Of a stretch of DNA of 64,000 bases, positions 9,671 to 17,982 are shown piece after piece (the first letter of the stretch is position 1; each line of letters begins with the position of its first letter). The DNA lies in the IMG/VR virus record IMGVR_UViG_3300020183_000009; one strand, given 5' to 3'. The translations under genes and the position numbers were made by a program. The DNA is from a virus. The notes under the pieces were generated by a model. The model was not told where the DNA came from. It searched no databases and saw only the letters and a program-made list of their open reading frames with translations.

Positions 9671-10108
9671 TTAAATTTGAGTTAGAGCATTGTGGGTATC
9701 CAACTCGTCTTGGATTGACTCAATCTCATCCTCCATAATTTTTACCACACTATCTCTTTCTACGATTGAAATTTCTGAGGTCATTACAGGTATATTTTCA
9801 CTACGTCTTGAGTAGTAATCTGTTGATGTACCTTCAGTACAGTTCAACATTTTGATTTTAGACACCAATGACTTCAATTCAGACAATCTGAAAATCTTGT
9901 CATACACTGGTGAATTCGCTTGGTGAATCTTTGTTTTCAATTCAACCAAATCATTGGTAAGTTTTTCAACTTTTTCCAACGACTCTGATGAAGAATATGG
10001 TCTTAGTGAACCTACCTCGACACTATTGTAGGATTGAGCTTTTTGTAGTTCTTCGGTAATTTCTTTAACCAATTTATTCTTCAACTTTAATGCTTGTTTT
10101 ACAGTCAT
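9671..10108 (-). CDS. DIP1984-like coiled-coil protein
   Basis: QAL.LK..L, L..LK.KI..AN, I..IQ.ELD..N pattern. Confidence 0.6.
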   Translation of the reverse strand: MTVKQALKLKNKLVKEITEELQKAQSYNSVEVGSLRPYSSSESLEKVEKLTNDLVELKTKIHQANSPVYDKIFRLSELKSLVSKIKMLNCTEGTSTDYYSRRSENIPVMTSEISIVERDSVVKIMEDEIESIQDELDTHNALTQI

Positions 10109-10162
10109 ATGTTGTTTTTTAATTTACTATTCAATGATAGGTGATAACCCCCAAAAGTCAAA

Positions 10163-10378
10163 TCATTTCTCGATAAACATGTTAGTGTTTGATACAGGGG
10201 TACGTAACACAGGAACAGGACTCTGCATTTCTTCGGTTCTATACATCACCTCATAATAACCCTCATGTACTTTAACTGTAGGTACGTTATTGTAACTCGC
10301 CAAAACTTGACTTTCTTCTTTTCTATCTGAGTAAAACTTAACAGTTTTTTCAGTCGTATTAAATACTAATGTTTGCAT
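10163..10378 (-). CDS. hypothetical protein
   Basis: ORF with typical codon usage. Confidence 0.7.
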   Translation of the reverse strand: MQTLVFNTTEKTVKFYSDRKEESQVLASYNNVPTVKVHEGYYEVMYRTEEMQSPVPVLRTPVSNTNMFIEK

Positions 10379-10390
10379 ATTATTTTAATT

Positions 10391-10588
10391 TTAAATTTTA
10401 GTTTCAGTTACACATGTTCCCAATATGAATAGTTGGAATATCAGAAATATAATAATTAAAAATACATTATCAAATATTGACCATTGGGTTGGGTTTAAAT
10501 TATCTTCGAACCAAGATATTACCGAATACCATAACAATTGTTTAGATAGGTATTCTTTAACATTTAGTTCGTGTTTGTTGTCTTTCAT
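10391..10588 (-). CDS. small membrane protein
   Basis: Hydrophobic C-terminal segment. Confidence 0.55.
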   Translation of the reverse strand: MKDNKHELNVKEYLSKQLLWYSVISWFEDNLNPTQWSIFDNVFLIIIFLIFQLFILGTCVTETKI

Positions 10589-10605
10589 ATAACAATAATA
10601 AATAA

Positions 10606-10629
10606 AAGGGGGTTAAACTAAACCCCCTT
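10606..10629 (-). terminator. intrinsic terminator
   Basis: AAGGGGGTT-N6-AACCCCCTT hairpin downstream of 10638..11372. Confidence 0.75.
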
Positions 10630-10637
10630 CTTGGGTA

Positions 10638-11372
10638 TTAAATCATTTTCAAAATGACTTCAGTTTTACCATCCCATTTGATGATACGGGATTTAGGAAC
10701 CCAAAACTCCATTTCACCGATTTCCTCAACTTTCGCTAAGTACTCGTTACGGAAACGTTCTGCTTGACTTGCGTCTGTGATATATTCAACACCCATGTGT
10801 TTAGCACATGTCTTACCCATTTTAGTTAACATTGAAAACTCATCAGTAAGTGTCTTAGCACAACACACACAAACATCTCCACGTTTAACCGTCATCTTAC
10901 CTGAGAACTTAACCGCCTTTGGTGATACTGCCAACACCTTAGTGATATCCAAAAGGATTGGGTTAAACTGTAGTCCGTATTGTTCTTTCATTTTTTGACC
11001 AACTGAACGTCCAACTTTAACTGTTTCACCAATAGTAGGTAGGTTCAATTTACGAGTATTTGCTTTGTTCTCGTCAGATTGGATTGTTCTGATTGCGGCG
11101 GAAACTTGTTTGTCAGAAAGTTTACCGTACTTCTCAAGTTTACTTTTCAACTCATTAACAAATGAGTTAGTACCTTGGTAGTCAGCAATAACTTTCAAGT
11201 CACCTGTCAATTCTACCTCTTTAGCTTCGGTAGGGTTAGATAAAATTTTCTCAACTGCTGATTTTTGATTTACGGTCAAAGAACCGTATTTTGTTAGAGC
11301 ATCCTTCATTTTAAGGATGAATGTGTTTTTTCCTTGATAATTTTTAACTTGTGTTGCGATGTCTGTTGTCAT
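10638..11372 (-). CDS. protein with DUF6011-like Zn-binding C-terminal domain
   Basis: CVCCAKTLTD..S...MGKTCA motif; duplicated N-terminal YQG.N.F...KYG.L..KQ repeat; host-type promoter. Confidence 0.6.
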   Translation of the reverse strand: MTTDIATQVKNYQGKNTFILKMKDALTKYGSLTVNQKSAVEKILSNPTEAKEVELTGDLKVIADYQGTNSFVNELKSKLEKYGKLSDKQVSAAIRTIQSDENKANTRKLNLPTIGETVKVGRSVGQKMKEQYGLQFNPILLDITKVLAVSPKAVKFSGKMTVKRGDVCVCCAKTLTDEFSMLTKMGKTCAKHMGVEYITDASQAERFRNEYLAKVEEIGEMEFWVPKSRIIKWDGKTEVILKMI

Positions 11373-11430
11373 GGTATCTCTGTATTTGTTTTACAAAGAT
11401 AGTCATTTTTTAGAAACCTACAAATAAAAT

Positions 11431-12381
11431 TTAGTTTTTTGGGTGATAAAATTTAAATTCGGTATTATCATTTTTTAATACCTCACTAAAATCAGATATT
11501 AATCTTTGTTCAATACCATTTTCAATATCTTCTGAGAACGGACTAGGTACAACATAACCTTCAGGATTAACAATCATCCTATTTGTTCCTTCAACAGTGC
11601 CTGCCTTATCTATTCTGATGTCAAATAAAATTTTACCATTATGTTCTTTAACATCTTTAATTGTAAACTTAACTTTCTTTTTATCGTTACCCCAACCAAT
11701 TGTTATCATCTTAGAATATAACCCGTAATTTTTGAAGGTTGTAATAGCGTCTCGTATTCGTTTACTCTTAATGTCTTCCATGGATTTACCAATCATGATA
11801 TTGTTAATTTCTTCAGGAGTTACATATAGGATATCATCTTTAATATTTGGGTCATAAGTCCTTCTTCTGATTGGATTTGCCCCTGATAAGTGTTTTGATG
11901 TACTTGATGAATAAGAATTACTTACTCTATACCACTGATTATTAATATATAGGTAAATCGGATACCATCCATAAGATGTCACCACATAGTACCATTCATT
12001 ATTATCGTTAACATCCCAATAACCTTCCAAACTAGACCCTTTAAATGGTAATTTAACCGAACTATATTCGTACGCTGAGTTGTTAGGTGTTCTTCTTTGT
12101 TTAAACTCCCTATAATGTTTAAAAGTGGATTTATCTAAATTTTCATAATCCCCTTCAGGTCTATAATTTGCGGTATAGATTTCATAGTAAAATCTAGCGT
12201 CACTTTCTGGTCTACCAATGACGGGCATCATCGATTTGAATAACTTTAGTAAGTCTCCTTGTTTACTGTGTTTGTCTTTATTTTTGTTGATATATTTAAA
12301 GAATCTAATTTCTTTTTCTGACAACGGATTTTCTCCCTCACCTTCTAGTTGCTCAACAATTAATCTGATTAAATTTTTCAT
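11431..12381 (-). CDS. IVE-leader protein (putative virion protein)
   Basis: MKNLIRLIVEQ leader, TATTTAT at 12387-12393. Confidence 0.65.
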   Translation of the reverse strand: MKNLIRLIVEQLEGEGENPLSEKEIRFFKYINKNKDKHSKQGDLLKLFKSMMPVIGRPESDARFYYEIYTANYRPEGDYENLDKSTFKHYREFKQRRTPNNSAYEYSSVKLPFKGSSLEGYWDVNDNNEWYYVVTSYGWYPIYLYINNQWYRVSNSYSSSTSKHLSGANPIRRRTYDPNIKDDILYVTPEEINNIMIGKSMEDIKSKRIRDAITTFKNYGLYSKMITIGWGNDKKKVKFTIKDVKEHNGKILFDIRIDKAGTVEGTNRMIVNPEGYVVPSPFSEDIENGIEQRLISDFSEVLKNDNTEFKFYHPKN

Positions 12382-12526
12382 CAATAATAAATATCTTGGT
12401 AAGATATAAATTACCATAGTTCATAAAAACCTTAATCGTTTAGGGTTTACTGTCTCAGTCATAAATTAATTATAACAAAAAACCCCTACTAAAAACAGTG
12501 AGGGTCTCAAAAAAAATTCCATAGTT

Positions 12527-12970
12527 TTATTTTAAGAATCTTAATTTGTATAATGTAGAATTGATTAACTCACATACCGTATCAATCTGATTTTGTATGT
12601 AGGAATCTTTACAACAATCTCTAAGTTCCTCAACTTTACCACATAGGTCCTTAAGATAATTAATTGTGTTAGTATTATCTTTATAATCTTCAAGTTTATA
12701 ATTATGATATCCTTTCAAAATACTGTATTTGCCTTGGTAAGATTCTACTAAACCGTCTACTATATCCCCAATACCGTCATAGTACCCATTAAGAGCTATA
12801 TGTTCAGCATAAGATTTAGTTTGTAAATGAAATGTATGTATTTGTGTTCTTGAGTGTAGTAATAAAGAAATCATCTCAGTAAAATCTTTAGACCCTGTTT
12901 TTTGTTCCGTGATTAAACCTCTTTTTTTAACTTCTTCAAATAATCTTTCTTTTAATAAATCTTGTTTCAT
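12527..12970 (-). CDS. ferritin/Dps-like four-helix protein (DUF5856-like)
   Basis: H.FHLQT.SYAEH.AL..YY...D.LVE.YQG and QN.ID....LI.ST.YKL..L; LITEQ leader. Confidence 0.75.
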   Translation of the reverse strand: MKQDLLKERLFEEVKKRGLITEQKTGSKDFTEMISLLLHSRTQIHTFHLQTKSYAEHIALNGYYDGIGDIVDGLVESYQGKYSILKGYHNYKLEDYKDNTNTINYLKDLCGKVEELRDCCKDSYIQNQIDTVCELINSTLYKLRFLK

Positions 12971-12999
12971 TGTATTTGTTTTAATATAAATATTAGGTT

Positions 13000-13275
13000 T
13001 TATCTTAAACTTAATACAACTTCCCCTTCAATTGAAAATAACGATAGGTGTTGTTTTATTTCTTTATTTATGAAGAATTCAAACATACTTTCTGTAAAAT
13101 ATCTAAAGTCTTCTTTATTTATTACATTTATAGTAACCACTACAATATCATTACCCCATTCTTGGTCAACCCCATTTTCAATATTTAATATTTTAATCAG
13201 AACTTTTTTATTTTCATTATTAGGTATCTTTATTTCAAGATTGTTGTTCTGATAATATTTTAAAATGTGGTTCAT
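13000..13275 (-). CDS. hypothetical protein
   Basis: ORF in minus-strand operon. Confidence 0.6.
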   Translation of the reverse strand: MNHILKYYQNNNLEIKIPNNENKKVLIKILNIENGVDQEWGNDIVVVTINVINKEDFRYFTESMFEFFINKEIKQHLSLFSIEGEVVLSLR

Positions 13276-13408
13276 TTTCTTTAAAGATTTTTCTCAAGGT
13301 CTTACCTAATTCATAATCATTAGGATATTGTTTAATTAAACTTGTTATTAAACTAACCATAGTTTTTTCATCTAAGTTTTGGATTGGGTTTATCGTTTCT
13401 TTATTCAT
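13235..13408 (-). CDS. small hypothetical protein (57 aa)
   Basis: Manual translation containing YPNDYELG; fills gap behind rmlC. Confidence 0.55.
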   Translation of the reverse strand: MNKETINPIQNLDEKTMVSLITSLIKQYPNDYELGKTLRKIFKENEPHFKILSEQQS

Positions 13409-13919
13409 TGTTTAAATTTTTAGTTATTAAATCTTTATCTGAAATTATCATAGAATTTTCATATCTTTTTAAAATATTTTTAACCACATCAACCTCTTTC
13501 CAATAGATGGAACCTTCACTTTCAGGTGAATAATCATTATCAACCAAATATTGGACAATAGTGTTATCTTCTAATGTAATAAACCCATGAGCATATCCTC
13601 TTGGTACTATCAATTCATCATTTGGGTCCATCCCGAACGTTTGGACTGACATATATTCAGATGATTCAGGCCTGATGTCAACTATAAAGTCAATAATTGA
13701 CCCATTTATGACTTTAATTAATTTACATTGTGCTTTATCACCTATTTGAAAATGTAATCCCCTAAGAGTGTGTTTAACAGGATTAACACTTATATTACTT
13801 TGTACCCAATTTTTATTTAATTCTATGATTGGTGAATTTTCGTATTTTAATGATAATGGTGCAAAATTACCTCGATTATCTTTAAAAACCTTATTATTTA
13901 TTAGTTTAGCAAATTCCAT
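13401..13919 (-). CDS. rmlC: dTDP-4-dehydrorhamnose 3,5-epimerase
   Basis: F.D.RG.F, VQ.N.S, LRGLHFQ, Q.KL, VDIR, VPRGYAHGF.TL motifs. Confidence 0.92.
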   Translation of the reverse strand: MEFAKLINNKVFKDNRGNFAPLSLKYENSPIIELNKNWVQSNISVNPVKHTLRGLHFQIGDKAQCKLIKVINGSIIDFIVDIRPESSEYMSVQTFGMDPNDELIVPRGYAHGFITLEDNTIVQYLVDNDYSPESEGSIYWKEVDVVKNILKRYENSMIISDKDLITKNLNNE

Positions 13920-13976
13920 AAAAAAACCTTTACCATAATGATATGATAAAGGTTCATAATAATCAAATATTGTAAT

Positions 13977-14279
13977 TTATTTTCCGATAATTAAATCGTC
14001 AAAGTCAAGTTTACCCATACCATCCATTTGTTTATTGTCAACAAATTCATCATACATAAATGATTTTACAACGGCAATAACGCTTTGTTCAGCTTGAGCA
14101 ACTTTACTAACCATCCAATCCTCAATTTCGTCTTTATCGTCCATCGATTCCCACATCTTATAGGCTAATGTGGCAATTGTAAATAATTGTTGTTTAGTCA
14201 TACTAGACCCTTTATGATTTTCTTTTAATGACCCGAATAAATTACCCAATTGTTTTTCTGAAATAACTATTTTTGTCAT
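13977..14279 (-). CDS. ISE-leader protein (putative virion protein)
   Basis: MTKIVISEKQL...LKE leader. Confidence 0.65.
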   Translation of the reverse strand: MTKIVISEKQLGNLFGSLKENHKGSSMTKQQLFTIATLAYKMWESMDDKDEIEDWMVSKVAQAEQSVIAVVKSFMYDEFVDNKQMDGMGKLDFDDLIIGK

Positions 14280-15070
14280 CTTCTATTTGCGGTTTTTAAT
14301 TTTTCAAGTTGTTTATCATATTCATCTTTACTCAAGACATCTTTCAACGGTCTGTAATTTCCTGTAGGTTTACGAACTTCCCATTTTTTACTAGCAGTTA
14401 AATAATATATCGAGTCATCATCAGCTAATTTATATTCACCACTTATCCAATCTCTAAAATTTCTCTCATTGTCAATGTTAGGACTAATGTTTGTACTTAC
14501 TTCAGGTTGTCTAACATTAACCGTTTCTTTAGAGGTTTTAAAATTGTCAGGTTCTCTAACAGGTATTGATGTTGTCTGAGTTTTAGGTGTTGGGTTAACT
14601 AATGTTGTTGATTTATTTGATGTAGAACCTTTCTTCTCATCAGTTTTTTCAGAATCATAATAATTAGTTACTATGTTTTGTAAATTTTTAACTGAATATC
14701 TATAACTATCATAATTAGAAATAGCTCCCCTCAAATTAGATATTATACTTGATACTATAGGGTCTGTTGTTTCAAGTTCGGAAAATTCTACTTCAACATG
14801 TTTCAATTCTTTCATTACCGATAACATAGTTTTTTCACTACTACGTATTCTTTTTAAAGAATTTCTAATAATGTTCATATTCCTACTTAAACTATATCCT
14901 TTACCTGTGAAAGCACCTTTAATACCAGCAAAAATATTACCAAATTTTAAAGTACCTATATCCCGACCTAAATCACCTAAAAACCCCTCTTCAAGCTCTC
15001 CTTCTGAACTTTCTTTAATTGTTTTTACTAACTCTTCTAATTGTTTTTCTGTTATTATGATATTACCCAT
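14276..15070 (-). CDS. ITE-leader protein (putative virion protein)
   Basis: MGNIIITEKQL..IKE..LEEG leader; TATTTAT at 15075-15081. Confidence 0.7.
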   Translation of the reverse strand: MGNIIITEKQLEELVKTIKESSEGELEEGFLGDLGRDIGTLKFGNIFAGIKGAFTGKGYSLSRNMNIIRNSLKRIRSSEKTMLSVMKELKHVEVEFSELETTDPIVSSIISNLRGAISNYDSYRYSVKNLQNIVTNYYDSEKTDEKKGSTSNKSTTLVNPTPKTQTTSIPVREPDNFKTSKETVNVRQPEVSTNISPNIDNERNFRDWISGEYKLADDDSIYYLTASKKWEVRKPTGNYRPLKDVLSKDEYDKQLEKLKTANRR

Positions 15071-15089
15071 AACAATAAATATCATAAAA

Positions 15090-15118
15090 ATAAAAAAAGG
15101 GAGATGTTACTCTCCCTT
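15090..15118 (-). terminator. intrinsic terminator
   Basis: AAGGGAGA-GTAACA-TCTCCCTT followed by T run on minus strand. Confidence 0.8.
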
Positions 15119-15169
15119 GGGGCCGATTAAGGCAATCCACCACTTTGTTTTACGAACAAAGAAACGTTA

Positions 15170-15232
15170 TTATTTAATATTAAGGAACATTCCTGAACTA
15201 CCCTCCATAGTTGTTGGTAGTTTACCATACCA
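15170..15232 (-). pseudogene. relic C-terminus of an SPFH/band-7-like gene
   Basis: Orphan frame WYGKLPTTMEGSSGMFLNIK-stop resembles the WDGKLP tail of SPFH proteins. Confidence 0.45.
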
Positions 15233-15252
15233 ATCAGAAGACTATATTAAAT

Positions 15253-15471
15253 TTATTCTACATAATCTATAACTTTATTCATAGTGTTATCATCCACAAT
15301 TTCAGTATTAGAATCTTGTGTTGTTACACCGTTAAAAGAATTTTTTATCTTCAGAACTAAAAATATAAACATAACAACAGTTCCAATCAATAACCATTTC
15401 AAAACTATTTTCCAAAATCTGTAGATGATATATAGGGTGATACCTATAGCAATTAACCATTCCATATTCAA
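15253..15471 (-). CDS. small membrane protein
   Basis: Two hydrophobic segments. Confidence 0.65.
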   Translation of the reverse strand: MNMEWLIAIGITLYIIYRFWKIVLKWLLIGTVVMFIFLVLKIKNSFNGVTTQDSNTEIVDDNTMNKVIDYVE

Positions 15472-15473
15472 TA

Positions 15474-15749
15474 TTATTTAGTTACTAAAGCCTCAATTTT
15501 ACTTTTTGCGTGGTCCGCCAAGTCATACTTCTCAACTGAAGTTAGTACAACTGAATCTACTAAGTGTTTGTACGGTACGTGTACCAAGAAATCAACTCCG
15601 TTAAAGAACGTCAAGTCATTTTTAAGTTCAAGACACCCGTGAACCATTTTCAAGAAGATTTTGAATTGAGTTGCGTCAACAAATGTCTCGTTGATTAGTT
15701 TTCCAAACTTTTCGTTTTCGATTCTGATGTTATAAGTCGATGTGTTCAT
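15474..15749 (-). CDS. hypothetical protein
   Basis: Strong codon bias; TATATTTG promoter upstream. Confidence 0.75.
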   Translation of the reverse strand: MNTSTYNIRIENEKFGKLINETFVDATQFKIFLKMVHGCLELKNDLTFFNGVDFLVHVPYKHLVDSVVLTSVEKYDLADHAKSKIEALVTK

Positions 15750-15782
15750 ACCAATTATTTTATTTAGACAAATATAGAAATA

Positions 15783-16559
15783 TTATTTCATTTTTCCTAA
15801 TGCTTCGATTATAGAATCTACACTGTTATTACCCATGTAAGTACGGTCAATATTGAAAACTACGTCTCCATTAACATCTTTATAAGAAAGGACAATAACA
15901 CTTCCGTTACTATGTTTAACTACTATTTGTTTATGGTTAGTACTGATTCCATTTTCAGTTCTTCCACCGAAATTAACTTCCGTATTATAACCCCAATATT
16001 TATTAAAGGCTAATTCAAAAGCTCTTGATTTAAGTTCAGCTTGTTTTTGTTTATGGTTATACGTATTCCAAAGACCATCAACGTATGCTTTAACCTTTTC
16101 AACCACAGGTCGTCCTGTTTTGAAGTATTTTTTATCATCTTCCCAATTACATGTTACTTTAAGTTTGTAACCGTGGTTAACAGTTCTCCATGAACCTCTT
16201 GGTTTTGTTTTATGCTCTTCAACATAAATTCTGATTCGGCAATTTTCACCTTCAGGTAGTTTACCTGTGTAAACAATCTCCATATCATTAAAATCAGAAG
16301 AAATCTCTCCAACTAACACTCTTTGTGAGTTATAATTATATTTACCTTCAGCGTCGACAATATAAGGTTGTACTTGCCATCTTTGGGTTCTAGGTGTTCT
16401 CTTTAATTCAAAGTCAGGAGAGTATTTAAGTAACTCGTTAAAGTACTTAACCCACTCAGACTCGTAGTTATTTCTATCAGCTTTAAATGTGTCCGCATTT
16501 CTTTGTACACTAGCAATGGTTTCTTTGATATGTTTCTGTTGTAGTTCTTTCTGTGTCAT
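15783..16559 (-). CDS. hypothetical early protein
   Basis: Start at MTQKEL downstream of TATCTTTG promoter (16593-16600). Confidence 0.75.
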   Translation of the reverse strand: MTQKELQQKHIKETIASVQRNADTFKADRNNYESEWVKYFNELLKYSPDFELKRTPRTQRWQVQPYIVDAEGKYNYNSQRVLVGEISSDFNDMEIVYTGKLPEGENCRIRIYVEEHKTKPRGSWRTVNHGYKLKVTCNWEDDKKYFKTGRPVVEKVKAYVDGLWNTYNHKQKQAELKSRAFELAFNKYWGYNTEVNFGGRTENGISTNHKQIVVKHSNGSVIVLSYKDVNGDVVFNIDRTYMGNNSVDSIIEALGKMK

Positions 16560-16627
16560 GGCGTAAGGGTATTTGTATCTGTTTGTAGAATACAAAGATA
16601 GTAAAAAATATTACATCACCAAAATTA

Positions 16628-16864
16628 TTATTCAGTTTTATTAATAAAAGATTGTCTTTTATATATTACTAAATTTTCAAGTGGTAAAATAACGTCATAA
16701 TGATAATCTCTCCAATATTTGTCAGGAGTCCTTTTCATTAATTGATTTTTAAAATTTCTAACCAATTGGTTGGTGGCATGTGTCTGTTGGTATGTCTCAC
16801 AAGAGTCAATTACTTTTTCTATCCATTTTGATACGTCTCCGTAGTGCATACTTTTTTTTTCCAT
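16628..16864 (-). CDS. small protein, terminal member of cassette array
   Basis: ATG lies within junction repeat; ends INKTE-stop, a degenerate version of FKSE-stop. Confidence 0.75.
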   Translation of the reverse strand: MEKKSMHYGDVSKWIEKVIDSCETYQQTHATNQLVRNFKNQLMKRTPDKYWRDYHYDVILPLENLVIYKRQSFINKTE

Positions 16865-16865
16865 C

Positions 16866-17054
16866 TTATTCTGATTTAAAGGTTAACTCATCTAATTTTA
16901 TCTGGTACTCTTTACCGTCTTTGAAGCCTTTTAGGTATTCCTCTGCCTTTTGAACTCTCTCTTTTGCTTTGGCTTGTTCAAATTTTACTACAAAATCATT
17001 TGGTATAATGTGTTTTATTTCATCATATAACCATTCTACTGCTGTCTGTTTCAT
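16866..17054 (-). CDS. cassette protein, TAVEWL family (62 aa)
   Basis: True start MKQTAVEWL in junction repeat; ends LTFKSE. Confidence 0.85.
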   Translation of the reverse strand: MKQTAVEWLYDEIKHIIPNDFVVKFEQAKAKERVQKAEEYLKGFKDGKEYQIKLDELTFKSE

Positions 17055-17055
17055 C

Positions 17056-17280
17056 TTATTCTGATTTAAATGTTTCTTTGTAGTATTGTTCTGCTCTTTC
17101 ATAATCATAAGCACAAATGTCAAATCCATAATTATTTGCAAACTCTATTATCTGCTCCTTTTCCATTTGCTTGGCTTGGTCAAATCTTTCAATAAAATCT
17201 GTATGAAGACCTCCAAAATCTTTACACATTTCTTTAAATTCATTTTCTAACCATTCTACGGCACTAATTTGTTTTTCCAT
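17056..17280 (-). CDS. cassette protein, SAVEWL family
   Basis: MEKQISAVEWL...QAKQMEKEQII...ETFKSE. Confidence 0.85.
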   Translation of the reverse strand: MEKQISAVEWLENEFKEMCKDFGGLHTDFIERFDQAKQMEKEQIIEFANNYGFDICAYDYERAEQYYKETFKSE

Positions 17281-17281
17281 C

Positions 17282-17458
17282 TTATTCTGATTTAAAGGTT
17301 AATAATTTTCTTTTTGCTATTTCAATTTGTTTTTTAAAATAATAAGGTTTTAATTTATTTGATTTTCTATTGCATATTTCAATCATTTCTTTACAGTAGT
17401 CAATATGTTTTCCAAGTTTATTTTTACTTCGGTCTATAATTCTAAATGGGTTATTCAT
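17282..17458 (-). CDS. cassette protein, basic (58 aa; absent from ORF track)
   Basis: Manual translation MNNPFRIIDRSKNKLGKHIDYCKEMIEIC...KRKLLTFKSE exactly fills the interval between two repeats. Confidence 0.8.
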   Translation of the reverse strand: MNNPFRIIDRSKNKLGKHIDYCKEMIEICNRKSNKLKPYYFKKQIEIAKRKLLTFKSE

Positions 17459-17459
17459 C

Positions 17460-17678
17460 TTATTCTGATTTAATTGATTCTATTGGCTCTGCACCTTTTT
17501 GATACATAGGGGATGATACAATAACGTGTATTTGTTCTTTACCTAAATCACCTTTACAATGTGGGCAACACTTGTTTTCAATCATTTCAATAATGGCTTG
17601 TTCATTATATGCTTTGCCAATGATTTTTGCCAATCTTTTTTCCCATAATAAAAATTGACCTAATTCTGCTTTTTTCAT
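17460..17678 (-). CDS. cassette protein with CPHC motif
   Basis: Unrelated body, ends SIKSE. Confidence 0.8.
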   Translation of the reverse strand: MKKAELGQFLLWEKRLAKIIGKAYNEQAIIEMIENKCCPHCKGDLGKEQIHVIVSSPMYQKGAEPIESIKSE

Positions 17679-17981
17679 TTATTCTGATTTAAAGGTTAAA
17701 TTCATTTGTATTCTGTTTAATATTTTATTCAATTCTTCTTTGTCTTTATTGGTAATTGGAATATCTGTACTCATAATTTGTTTACTTGAACCAAAGGTTA
17801 ATTCATCTAATTTTATCTGATATTCTTTACCATCTTTGAATCCTTTTAGGTATTCCTCTGCCTTTTGAACTCTCTCTTTTGCTTTGGCTTGTTCAAATAC
17901 TTCAATATTGATATAGCGGGTGGATTTTGAAATATTTAGGTTAGCAAATAACCATTCTACGGCACTAATTTGTTTTTCCAT
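17679..17981 (-). CDS. chimeric cassette protein
   Basis: First 33 nt identical to 17248-17280; 17793-17898 matches 16878-16983; ends LTFKSE. Confidence 0.85.
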   Translation of the reverse strand: MEKQISAVEWLFANLNISKSTRYINIEVFEQAKAKERVQKAEEYLKGFKDGKEYQIKLDELTFGSSKQIMSTDIPITNKDKEELNKILNRIQMNLTFKSE

Positions 17982-17982
17982 A

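Larger units (their letters stand above)
16862..17699 (-). repeat. five copies of a stop/start junction repeat, consensus TTAACCTTTAAATCAGAATAAGATG
   Basis: Copies at 16862-16886, 17052-17076, 17278-17302, 17456-17480, 17676-17699; core TTAAATCAGAATAA invariant. Confidence 0.95.

Noticed and set aside
16866-17141. Long form of ORF 16866..17141 and other extended starts (4708..5154, 5069, 18441, 19057, 27503, 52851)
   Set aside because: Extensions overlap neighbours or run through promoter motifs; downstream ATGs fit the junction repeat, leaders and promoters.
16862-17699. CRISPR array
   Set aside because: Intervals between repeats are 150-200 nt, variable, and are complete ORFs; no cas operon nearby.
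16878-17898. Diversity-generating retroelement TR/VR pair
   Set aside because: The five differences are synonymous and not adenine-specific (G/A, G/A, C/T, C/T, C/A); no reverse transcriptase in the window.
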